Positions 38,839 to 51,648 of a stretch of DNA of 64,000 nt are shown here, in pieces; the first letter of the stretch is position 1; the number at the start of each line of letters is the position of its first letter. Both the position numbers and the translations under genes were made by a program. The stretch is from Octopus vulgaris (Eukaryota). A model generated the notes under the pieces. That model was not told the origin of the DNA. It worked only from the letters and a program-made list of their open reading frames with translations, and made no database searches. The stretch covers positions 28,892,001 through 28,956,000 of the forward strand of contig OX597822.1 in assembly GCA_951406725.2 (NCBI GenBank), read 5' to 3'.

Positions 38839-38967
38839 ATACCAACTACATGGTTCGAGGTTCAGTCCCACTGCTTGGCATCATGGGCAAGTGTCTTCTA
38901 CTATAACCTCAGGCCGACCAAAGCCTTGTGAGTGGATCTGGTAGACGGAAACTGAAAGAAGCCCGTC

Positions 38968-39017
<50 letters not shown>

Positions 39018-39218
39018 ATGTTTGTGAGTCGGTGTTTGTTCCCCACCATCACTTGACAACCGATGCTGATGTGTTTACGTCCTCGTAACTTAGCGGTTCG
39101 GCAAAAGAGACCGATAGAATAAGTACTAGGCTTACAAAGAATAAGTCCTGGAATCGACTTGTTCGACTAAAGACGATGCTCCAGCACGGCCGCAGTCAAA
39201 TGACTGAGGCAAGTAAAA

Positions 39219-39267
<49 letters not shown>

Positions 39268-39358
39268 ATAATAATATGAGGGAATATTATTGCAAACTTA
39301 CAGATGGTATAATTTAATTTTTCACAATTGAATTGATAGAAGGTGGGGTTTTTTTATG

Positions 39359-39418
<60 letters not shown>

Positions 39419-40266
39419 GACAGATTTCTTTCAGTTTCCGTCTACCAAATCCACTGGCAAGACCTCATAGTGGGACTGAACCCGGAAACATGTGGTTGGA
39501 AACCAAGCTTCTTACCACACAGTCACGCCTGCGTCTATAGCTGTTGGAATTACATTTATTCATCAATAACGTATGGCTGACAAATCATATAATATGAATG
39601 AAAACATGGCAGAGAGCAATGATACTGCCATATCGATTTGTATAATGATTGACCCACAGTCATTTAGTCATAACGCTTTTGAACAAATAAATACCATTCA
39701 CAGAGTTGATGAGTATAATTATAAAAGAACATCCGGATGACCTGGAGAGAGGTAATGAATTGTCCAGCAAGTGGGGAGTTGCTGTTAGAAATGTCAAAAG
39801 TAAGATATAAATTGACAGTTTAATTGTGTTTCTTGACAATATCATTACACACACACACACACACACATACATATATACATATATGATCAATAATAATAAA
39901 TGGTAAAATTAATTAATAACCTTACCAAGTAGGGTATGCTAAAAGAACCATTATTGATAAACTTATACAAAAATTATTATAATTAGAAACAATTATAATT
40001 AGGGCTTAGCAAAATTGCTTCACAACATACCGAAAATTAGAAATAGCAGTTAAATACTATTCTACTACCATAAGATATCTCCCAGACAGCAATACTCTCA
40101 ACACACAGGCAAAGAGAAAAAATAACGAATCCACTCGGCTTTGATTAACTATATACGCGTTTCTGGATTAAAGATATGTAAAGGGAGATATCTTATGGTA
40201 GTAGAATAGAATTTAAAGGCTATTTCTAAATTTCGGTATATGTGGTGAAGCAATTTTATATACATA

Positions 40267-40324
<58 letters not shown>

Positions 40325-40510
40325 CTTTCAGTTAGTTATTTGTTTATCTACTATAATAATACTCTTGTATTTTTCTCCGTCACAACATATGGATGAGAAA
40401 GGAAGGGGTGAAAGATGAATAAGGAAGGAAGGGGTGATGGCAAACTGTTAGTGGGAGCGTTTCAACTTTGAGTGAGTATATGTGTGTGTATGTAACAGGA
40501 AGGTGTGTGA

Positions 40511-40550
<40 letters not shown>

Positions 40551-40808
40551 TGTAAGGGAGATGGCGAGCATTCAACGCTGAAAAGAAAAATCAAACAGCG
40601 TTTCAACTCTGTGTGAGTATATGTGCGTATGTACGTGTGTATGTACGTGTACAAGGGAAGTATGTGAACGTTTGTATGTGCGAACTAGCCTTCTTTCAGT
40701 AACAAGCGATGATCGATGTCACATCTCAAACGACAACCAATAGATAACATTAAGAACTGTATTAATTTGATTTACCATCCATATTTTGTTTTCTTCAAAA
40801 TAATTATT

Positions 40809-42352
40809 ACCTCGGAACTTCCCAGAAACATTTCGACGAAATTTCCCGGAAGTTAGATTATCCTTGGACCATCCCATACAGTTATCGACGAAATTTTCCG
40901 GAAGTCAGAAATCCTCGGAACTTCCCAGGCAGTTTTCGACGTAATTTCCCAGAAGTTACAAAATCCTCGGAACTTCCCATGCAGTTTCCGATCAAATTTC
41001 CCGTGAGCTACAATATCCTCGGAACTTCCCATGCAGTTTTAGACCAAATTTCCCGTGGTGTTTACAGCGAAATTTCCCGAAAGTTAGAAAATCCTCGGAA
41101 TTTTCCCGGAAAGTTTTGACCAATTTTCCCGGAAGTTAGAAATTCCTCGGAACTTCCCGTGCGGTTTTCAGCGAAATTTGCCGGAAGTCAGAAAATCCTC
41201 GGAACTTCCCATGCAGTTTTCGACGAAATTTCCCGACAGCTAGAAAATCCTCCATGGAGTTTACAACGAAATTTCCAGGAAGTTATAATAATCCTCGGAA
41301 CTTCACATGCAGTGTTCGACCAAATTTCCCGGAAGTTAGAAAATCCTCGGAATTTGGAATGGAGTTTTCAACGAAATTTCCCGGAAGTTAGAATGTCCTC
41401 GGAACTTCCTTTGCAGTTTTCGACCAAATTTCCAGGAAGTTAGAAATCCTCGGAACTTCCCATGCATTTTTCGATGAAATTTCCCATAGGTTAGAAAATC
41501 ATCTGAACTTTCCGGAACATTTCGACCAAATTTCCCGGAAGTTAGAAAATGCGCGGAACTTTCCATGCAATTTTCCGTAAGTTAGAATTACTTCGGAACT
41601 TCCCATGCAGTTTTCGACGAAATTTCTTTCAATTCCTCGGAACTTTACGACCAAATTTCCCGGAATTTCGAAAATCCTCGGAACTTCCCATGCAGTTTTC
41701 GACGAACTTTCCAGGAAGTTAGAATATCCTCGGAACTCCCCCATATAGTTTATAACGAAATATCCGGAATTTATCACATCCTCGGAACTTCCCATGCAGT
41801 TTTCGACGAAATTTCCCGGAAGTTAGAACATCCTCCGAAATTTACCATGGAGTTTTCAACAAAGTTAGAATATCCTTGGAAGTTCCCATGCAGTTTTCTA
41901 TGAAATTTCCAGTAAGTTAGAAAACCCTCGGAACTTCCCATGCCGTTTTCGACGAAATATCCCGGGAGTTCGGAAATCCTCGGAACTGCCCATGGAGTTT
42001 ACAACGAAATTTCCCGGAAGTTAGAATAAACTCGGAACTTTCCATGAAGTTTTCAACGAAGTTACCCAGAAGTTAGAAAAATCCTCGGAACTTTCCAGGA
42101 ACTTTTCACTAAATTTCCCTGAAGTTAGGATGTCCTCGGAACTTCCCATGTAGTTTTCTATGCAATATCCCGGAAGTTAGAAAATCCTCGGACTTTCCTA
42201 TGCAGTTTTCGATGAATTTTCCCGGAAGTTAGAAAATCCTCGGACTTTCCCAGAAGTTATCGACGAAATTTCTCTGGAGTTAGAAAATCCTCGGAACCTC
42301 CCAGGGAGTCTTCGACCACATTTCCAGGAAGTCAGAGTGTCCTTTCCAGGAA
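40809..42352. repeat. Tandem array, ~52-bp unit, roughly 30 diverged copies
   Basis: Consensus CCTCGGAACTTCCCATGCAGTTTTCGACGAAATTTCCCGGAAGTTAGAAAAT. Confidence 0.93.
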
Positions 42353-42356
42353 GCTT

Positions 42357-43717
42357 TGGTCATTTGGCGAACAGCTAGGTCATTTTATCGAATTCGTTTA
42401 GCGAACCGCCAAGTCATTTTATCGATCTCGTTTGGCGAAACGCTACGTCATTTTATCGATTTCATTTGGCGAACCGCGACGTCATTTTATCGATCTCGTT
42501 TCGCGAACCGCTACGTCATTTTATCGTCTCGTTTGTCGAAGCGCTACGTCATTTCATCGATCTCCTTTAGCGAACGGCGACGTCGTTTTATCGATCTCGT
42601 TTGGCGAAACGCTACGTCATTTTATCGACCTTTTTTGTCGAACCGCTAGGTTATTTTATCGATCTCGTGTGGCGAACCGCTAATTCATTTTATCGATCTT
42701 GTTTGTCGAACGGTTAAGTCATTTTATCGATCTCGTTTGTCGAATTCTATGTCATTTTATCGATCTCGTTTGGCGAACCGCTAGGTCATTTTATCGATCT
42801 CGATTGGGGAAACGCTATGTCATTTTATCGATCTCGTTTGCGAACCGCTACATCATTTTATCGATCTCGTTTGGCGAACCGCTAAGGCATTTTATCGATC
42901 TCGTTTGTCGAACCGCTAAGTCATTTTATCGAACTCGTTTGTCGAACGGCTAAGTCATTTTATCGATCTCGTTTGGCGAACCGCTACTTCATGTTATCGA
43001 TCTCGTTGACGACCCGCGAAGTCATTTTATCGATCTCCTTTGGCTAAACGCTACGTCATTTTATCGATTTTTTGGGCGAACCGCTATGTCATTTTATCGA
43101 TCTCGTTTGTCGAACCGCTAAGTCATTTTATCGATCTCGATTGGGGAACCACTAATACTTTTATCGATCACGTTGGTCGAACCGCTAGGTAATTTTATCG
43201 ATCTCGTTTGTCGAACCGCTAAGTCATTTTATCGATCTCGTTTGTTGAACCGCTAAGTCATTTTATCGATCTCGATTGGGGAACCGCTACCTCATTTTAT
43301 CGATCTTATTTGGCGAAACGCTGTCATTTTATCGACCTCGTTTGTCGAGCCGCTACGTCATTTTATCGATCTCGTTTGGTGAACCGCTAAGTCATTTTAT
43401 CGATCACGTTTGTCGAACCGCTACATCATTTTATCGATCTCGTTTGTCGAACCGCTAAGTCATTTTATCGATATCGTTTGGCGAACCGCTAAGTCATTTT
43501 ATCGATCTCGTTTGTCCAACCGCTAAGTCATTTTATCGATATCGTTTGGCGAACCGCTAAGTCGTTTTATCGATCTCGTTTGTCGAACCGCTACGTCATT
43601 TTATCGATCTCGTTGGTCGAACGGCTACGTCATTTTATCGATCTCGTTTGTCGAACCGCTAAGTCATTTTATCGATCTTGTTTGTCGAACGACTAAGTCA
43701 TTTTTTCGATCTCGTTT
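42357..43717. repeat. Tandem array, 34-bp unit, roughly 40 copies
   Basis: Consensus GTCATTTTATCGATCTCGTTTG(T/G)CGAACCGCTA(A/C). Confidence 0.95.
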
Positions 43718-44057
43718 ACCGGTGAGTGTCTTACATTATAAGACACAAAAAGAAAATGACTCTCCCCAGACACAACAAAATAAAAGAATTATTAGGCCAA
43801 ATACTTGGTTTTCTGCCTTATTTATATATAAAATACTACACTTACCCGTCATTTTTGACGGCACGAGGCCAGCTAGTATTATTATATTATTTTATACTAT
43901 TTTGTCACAGTGCTGTGAAAAACACTTGTATAAGAACACCGACCTTAATACTTTAGTACCCAGTACTTATATTTATAGATGGACAGATGGATGGATGGAT
44001 CTATATGATTAGGTATATCTATGTATTTAACAATCCTTTATGCAAACGTTTTTGCAG

Positions 44058-44241
44058 ATACTACACTATCGTGATAGAGTTTGAAACTTACTACCCTCAG
44101 ATTCCTCAAGAACCATTATGGATCCGAGCTTACCTAGAAGAATTGACCAAACTGAAGACTAAACGAGCAACAAATATAGAAAACAGCATATTTGAAGTAT
44201 TCAAAAAACATTTCGGTCTGAAGCGAGCACTTAAGAGCAAG
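44058..44241 (+). CDS. ANKAR: ANKAR coding exon 6
   Basis: TGCAG|A..AAG|GTGTTG; YYTIVIEFETYY..FKKHFGLKRALKSK. Confidence 0.9.
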
Positions 44242-44839
44242 GTGTTGTTATGTATTTACGTTTTCCTATTTTTCCATCTTTCAATTTATTTCCTCTCAGA
44301 ATAATACGCTGGTCTGTATGATTGCACTCTCTTGTTGTAAATAACTGATGAAGGTTCTGCAATTTCTTTCTGGAGGAGGCACATGACCTAGTGGTTAGAG
44401 CAGCAGACTCGCGATCGAATCTCAGACCGGGCGATGTGTGTGTTTATGAGCGAAAACACCTAAGCTCCACGCGGCTCCGGCAGAAGGGGTCAGCAAAAGA
44501 AATGCATCACCTCATACCGAAGTTCAGAAATAGCAGCCAAAATCTAAGTCATTTCTTCTACTTAAAAGAAGGGTCTACCAGATATATCAATAATAATAAA
44601 GAGTAAAATTAATTAATTAATTAATAATTAATAATTCCACCAAGTAGTACTTGGCATGTTAAAAGGACCATTTACGGTAAACTTAAACAATATTTTTTAT
44701 AATTATGAATATAATTAAAATTAGGTTCGGTATGTGGTTAAGCAAATTTTTTTGCCAAACCCTAATTATAATTATATTCATAATTATAAATATATATAAA
44801 TATATATATGTGTGTGTGTGTATATATATGAATATATAT

Positions 44840-44941
<102 letters not shown>

Positions 44942-45716
44942 CTGGCTCCTGCAGTTTCCGTTGCTTCAATCTTCTCGGCTAAAAATTTGTACCAGTAACA
45001 ACTGGGAGGGTAAACCGGTATCTCGTTCAAGGAATTGGCTTGTTTCATCACAAAAAAAAGACAGAGATAAGCTGCAGACTAATTGGGCTTGAGGCTAGAG
45101 ATAGAAATTTAGACGAAGAGGACAGTCGATTAGATCAAGTACATGACTGCTACTTTATTTTATCTACCTCAAAAAATATGAAAGATAAAGGTGAAGTCGG
45201 AGAGATTTGGTATAAAGGATATAAAGGATCGGAATAAATATTGCAAGGCATAATGCATGACACTCAAACGATTCTGCTGATCTACTAACCTTGAATCGTC
45301 TAATAATTTAATAAAGGCAAAAATGTGGGAAAAACCCTGATGGAGTGACTCTTAAAAAGTAATACTTTACTTTCAATGACCAGAAGCACACAAATATATT
45401 TTTTTTTATATATAACGCTGGTCTACTGCAGGTAACATTCTCAGAGAACCTGACACTTATACCCGAAGTGAAACGTTGCGAAGTAAATTTCCATGGAAAT
45501 TAAGCAAATTTGATCTTATGATTCATTAATAATACTTTCATCTGTTATTCAGTCCAGCATTTCGCTAACAGAATTATTTTATAGTTTCACAGATTCGAGT
45601 TATCAGCAGTGTGGTGTGTGCTTTGTAAAAGTATACATCACACTGCACTTCCATCACGTGACTACCTTTGTCGGCCGCTTACAGCTACGCTTTATATGTT
45701 TTATATGTATTTACAG

Positions 45717-45939
45717 AATCATTCTTATGCATTACGACTATCAGCCCAGAAAGGACTTCTTCCCGCCTTCCAGTATTTCTGCCGCAAAATTCCGTCCAAT
45801 CGAAGTGTGAGCAAACAAGATGACTCGGGATATTGTCTTCTGCATCATGCTGCAATGAACAATCGGCCCTCTGTCATTGTTCTTTTGTTGCAGCAAGGTT
45901 TAGATATTAATGTGAGACGCCATAACTTAACTTCTGTCG
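45717..45939 (+). CDS. ANKAR: ANKAR coding exon 7 (first ankyrin repeat)
   Basis: CAG|AAT..GTCG|GTAAGG; DDSGYCLLHHAAMNNRPSVIVLLLQQGLDIN. Confidence 0.92.
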
Positions 45940-46239
45940 GTAAGGATTTCAGAGAAATCATACTTCTAAATAAATAAATGACTCGTTGTATGTTTAAAAA
46001 TTTATCATAAAAATAATAATAATCCTTTCTACTAAAGGCACAAGGCCTGAAATTTGGTGGGAGAAGGACTAGTCACTTACATTGCGCCCCAGTGTTCCAC
46101 TGGTACTTATTTTATCGACCCCGAAAAGATGAAAGGTAAAGTCGACCTCGGTGGAATTTGAACTCAGAACGAAGTGACGGGCGAAATGCTGCTAAGCATT
46201 TTTCCTGACGTGTTAACGATTTTGCCAGCTCACCGCCTA

Positions 46240-46284
<45 letters not shown>

Positions 46285-46497
46285 CCTTTCTACTGTAGGT
46301 ACAAGGCCTGAAATTTTGTGGGAAGGGGACTAATCAATTTCATCGACCCCAGTGTTTCACTGGTATTTAATTATTGACTTCAAAAGTAAGGAAAGGCAAA
46401 GTCGACCTCGGCGAAATTTGGACTCAGAATGTCAAGACGGATGAAATGCCACTAAGCATTTTGACCGGCGTTATAACGAATCTGTCAGCTCACCGCC

Positions 46498-46553
<56 letters not shown>

Positions 46554-46903
46554 TATAATTATAATTATACTCGACCCTAGTGTTTCACTCGTACTTAATT
46601 TATCGACCCCGAAAGGATGAAGGCAAAGTCTACCTCGGCAGTATATGAAATCAGAACGTAAGGCCGGACGAAATCTCGTTAAGCATTTCGCCCGGCGTGT
46701 TAGATTCATGATTGTAAGATAGTGGTTTCGATTCCTGAACCGGGCGGTGCGTAGTGTTCTTAAGCAAAACATTTCATTTCAAGTTACTCCAGTCTACTCA
46801 GCAGATAAAAATGAATAACCCTGCAACGAACCGGTGTCCCGTCCAGGGAGGAACATATGCGTAAGAGAAATAGGGAAATAGTAACGTGGACAAACCATAT
46901 TTA

Positions 46904-46939
<36 letters not shown>

Positions 46940-47035
46940 TGTATATATATATTTATATGTATACACACACATATATATATATGTATATATATATGTATAT
47001 ATACACAAGAAAAAAGCAACAAGAATGGATTAGTT

Positions 47036-47126
47036 TTTCAGTACAATTGTTTCATACGAAGAACAGCTTTATTAAAAGCTGCAAATATTGCAGCAAATAC
47101 AAGTGTCCCGTACTCATCAGCCAAAA
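47036..47126 (-). ncRNA. Type I hammerhead ribozyme motif (predicted)
   Basis: Minus strand UUUUGG-CUGAUGA-GUACG..CGUAU-GAAAC-AAUU-GUA-CUGAAA: complete core, stems I-III pairable by eye, palindromic stem III. Confidence 0.65.
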
Positions 47127-47174
47127 CACATACGAGTTCTCAAAGCATCCTAGGGGATGAGGCAACACTCTGAA

Positions 47175-47330
<156 letters not shown>

Positions 47331-47505
47331 TATATATATATACATATATATATGTGTGTGTATACATATAAATATATACATACATACATACATACATACA
47401 TACATACATACATACATACATACATGCATGCATACATATATATATATATATATAAGGGGTCTTTGTGTGAGTATGTAAACAAGAACTGGTTACACGACAC
47501 TCTGT

Positions 47506-47506
<1 letters not shown>

Positions 47507-47584
<78 letters not shown>

Positions 47585-47879
47585 ATATAAATCGGAATTG
47601 TAAACAGTAAATATGAGAGTTAATTAAGCCAAGGGCGGATAAACCAAAAGAAAATATGAATCATTAATGATAATTATGAGCTGTACGAGTTTTAAAAGCT
47701 GCTGATTTCTACGCACTTTTACAACGGTAGGATAATGTGTTTTAGTTATTATTGATGGCCTTGGTAAACAGACAACGCTATGGTGATAATAATATTGTCT
47801 GTTGACGAGTTGAACGTATGTTGGTGGGCGGAAACTATAGAGGGAAATTTAGGCTCATTGTCCCCTACAAAGGAGAGGA

Positions 47880-47959
<80 letters not shown>

Positions 47960-48084
47960 AGGAAGGAAGGAAGGAAGGAAGGAAAGAAAGAAAGAAAGAA
48001 ATATGGACGGAAGGAATGAAAGAAAAAAAGAAAGCAGGAAGGAAGGATAGAAAGAAAGAAAAAAGAAGGAAGGAATGAAAGAAA

Positions 48085-48152
<68 letters not shown>

Positions 48153-48232
48153 GAAGGAAGGAAGGAAAAAGAAAGAAGAAAGGAAAGAAGGAAGGAAGGA
48201 AGGAAAGAAAGAAAGAAAGATGGACGGAAGGA

Positions 48233-48308
<76 letters not shown>

Positions 48309-48320
48309 AAAAAGGAATGA
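47507..48320. repeat. (GAAA)n/(GGAA)n polypurine microsatellite tracts
   Basis: Read directly; a similar tract lies at 22435-22690. Confidence 0.9.
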
Positions 48321-48397
48321 AAGACTTTTTACGAAAATTTTTTACGGAGTTAAAATATATGATGTTGTTCTATACACACGCGCTCACATACGCACGC

Positions 48398-49032
48398 TAA
48401 GAGTGGCCGTTCTTTTTTCAACTTTATAAAAGTTTAGCTCCCACCCACCTGGTCCAGACATAGCGTTTTTCAAAAGATTTAAAGAATCCTAGACGATACT
48501 CAACAAGATTTACATAACTGGTGGCAATTAAATGCCTGGGGATGTCCGTTCTACCATTCTTGGATTTCTTGAATACCACCTTTCTATGCAGAAACAACAG
48601 CGAAATGATCACCGAGAATTGTTGAAGTTAACCATGATCTTTCTTGGAGGCATTCTGAAGAACGAGATATCATGTCATACACCAGGAACTGTAAGTCATG
48701 CTAGTAATTTGTGCATTCAAGATATACCTGTTTCAAGATCAATTTTAGTTATTTCCTGGGGAGAACTCTTTAAGAAGAATATGCATTTTTCTTGCTCGAG
48801 TTTATGTTCGCGCCTGGTTTCTTTCATTAGAAGCAATTAATGCACCTTTTCCTGATTTCCTATTCATGTGTCAACTGATAAATTATCAGGATATTGATCC
48901 AGAAATCAGCAAGGCTGCAGCGAAAACATTTTCCATCTATTTCTGGTACTTAACTCCCAAAACTGTAGCTCTATCCATATCTGATGACAATGTTCCAACA
49001 GGAGTGAAGGCAAATATTGCTCAAGTTGTGTT
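48398..49032 (+). mobile_element. Degraded DNA transposase relic, tentatively hATm-like
   Basis: QQRNDHRELLKLTMIFLGG..PGTVSHA and FWYLTPKTVALSISDD resemble the recalled RDDYxELL / HxARW / LWYL motifs; frameshifted and broken by (GAA)n. Confidence 0.45.
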
Positions 49033-49190
49033 AGAAGAAGAAGAAGAAGAAGAAGAAGAAGAAGAAGAAGAAGAAGAAGAAGAAGAAGAAGAAGAAAAAG
49101 AAGAAGAAGAAGAAAAAGAAGAAGAAGAAGAAGAAGGAGGAGGAGGAGGAGGAGGAGAAGAAGAAGAAGAAGAAGAAGAAGAAGAAGAAG

Positions 49191-49221
<31 letters not shown>

Positions 49222-49786
49222 ATAGTAATAATATATATATATAGAGAGAGAGGGAGATAGAAACAGAGAGAGACAGACAGACAGACAGACAGAATATATA
49301 AGGTGTATTCGTCATCTGAGTTAAAGTAATTGGTATGTACTAATTGTGTTCTGTTTGGTTTATCACTAAAACTCCGGTTTGAACTGCAACTGAACGTGTG
49401 ATGTTGAGACTGCGTATCAGAAGCGGCTAGAGGTGGTTTTTCTTTGAGCATCTATCTATGATGTTATGTATAAAGATTTGATATTACTTTCTAAATATTC
49501 TACATGTATAACTGTGAATATATGTTTGTGTGTATATATATATATATATTTCTTTACTGCCCACAAGGGGCTAAACATAGAGGGGACAAACAAGGACAGT
49601 CAAAGGGATTAAGCCGATTACATCGACCCCAGTGCGAAACTGGTACTTTATTTATCGACCCCGAAAGGATGAAAGGCAAAGTCGACCTCGGCGGAATTTG
49701 AACTCAGAACGTTACGGCAGACGAAATACCGCAAAGCATTTCGCCCGGCGTGCTAACGTTTCTGCCAGCTCGCCGCCTTTTAATAT

Positions 49787-50094
<308 letters not shown>

Positions 50095-50141
50095 TATGTA
50101 TGTATGTATGTATGTATGTATGTATGTATGTATGTATGTAT

Positions 50142-50176
<35 letters not shown>

Positions 50177-50219
50177 TGATAAACAGGTAAATCTGTGTAC
50201 ATTGATTAATCAATCCGTC

Positions 50220-50270
<51 letters not shown>

Positions 50271-50391
50271 GCACATGCATATACACACCCACACACATAC
50301 CTACATACATACCTACATACATACATACATACATACATACATACATACATACATACATACATACATACATACATACATACATACACACATA

Positions 50392-51648
50392 CAAGGTCTT
50401 GCAGGTAAATTGAGACCAATTTTAAGTAGTTGACTTAGTAGGTTTAACATTTCATTTTTTGACAAAACCTTGCTTGCTTAAAAATCTAATCCTCCTCTTT
50501 ATTTTTCAGGTAAATAGCGAACTTATTCGACAATTGAAAGTCATGGAACAACAGAATCGTTCCGCCATTGTTATTTTGGCGCGCGCCGAGCACACAGCCA
50601 ATAAAATTACTAAGTTGACGAAACTCCCAAAAGTAACAGTTTATCGTGTTTATAAACAATTTAAAGAAGGAAATATTAATAGAAAAGAATACAAGAGTCA
50701 AAGTGATTCCAAGCGCGATCCAAAGTTTCTTGCTGGCCTCAAACGCTCGGTTGGAGCCAACCCATCCACACCCATAACAGCTCTTGAAAAGAAACGCAGT
50801 GTGTCCCTTTCCACAGTGTCCAGAGCTATGAACAGGAACATTGGCATGAGTAGCTATGTTCGACGACGCTGTCACCTCCTAAAAGCCAACGCTGAAGCAA
50901 TCAGAGCCGAGAGATGCCCAAAGCTTCTGTTATTCACCAAGCATCAAGATGCAGGAAGAACTCTCGTGTTTGTGGACGGGAGTTCACTGTGGACGCTGAG
51001 GCTAATCGCAAAAATTCTCGAGTGATTGCATACAACCCTTCTCACGCCGCCCTCCACAACCACACCCGTGTTTGAGACTAAGAATCCTACGTCTGTGATG
51101 CTATTTGGAGCCGTGACGAGTGATGGAAGTGTCATGGATTCACACTTCATTGAGTCTGGCTTCACTGAGTCGGCATAAAGGAGTACCTGGACATTCTGAA
51201 TAACTCTTTCTTACCTTGGATGGAGCAGAAATTTGGGTTTGACAATGTGGTGCTTATCCAGAATTCTGTACCATCCCATGGGTCAAAAGTAACACAGGCC
51301 TTCCTTGGTGAGGAGTTGCTATTTTTTGTGAAGGCCAATATCTGGCCCAGTAGTAGCCCAGATTTCAACCTTCTCGATTACTTTCTATGGGATGTACTTC
51401 AAGCAACGACCAATGCTTCATCACACTGGAGTGTCAACAGTTTGTAGACTTGCATCGTGCGTGCGACACGCAAAATCAAAAAGGCGGAGCTTGCGGCAGC
51501 TGCAAAAACAAAATTCGTTCACGTGTGGAGGCAGTAATGGGCGGCCATATTGAGTGATAAATGTTTTTGTTGTAATAAATGCTACATTAGAAAATTTAAC
51601 CAGTTTTATGTATCGTAAAAATTGTCTCAATTTATCTACAAGATTCTG
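50392..51648 (+). mobile_element. Full-length but defective Tc1/mariner element, DD37D (maT) spacing
   Basis: TA-flanked TIRs CAAGGTCTTGCAGGTAAATTGAGAC / GTCTCAATTTATCTACAAGATTCTG; HTH, LVFVD, VMLFGAV, QNSVPSH (D to N), WPSSSPDFNLLDY with 37 residues between the second and third catalytic positions; frameshifts. Confidence 0.88.

Larger units (their letters stand above)
40347..43876 (+). mobile_element. ~3.5-kb non-autonomous Helitron carrying two tandem-repeat arrays
   Basis: 5' end A|TCTACTATAATAATAC; 3' end hairpin CCGTCA-TTTT-TGACGG (43846-43861), 11-nt spacer, CTAG|T; no TSD or TIR. Confidence 0.7.

Noticed and set aside
40809-43717. CRISPR-like array or repetitive protein gene
   Set aside because: Units are head-to-tail with no unique spacers, no cas genes are present, the context is eukaryotic, and unit lengths of 52 and 34 are not multiples of 3; the ORFs are short by-products.
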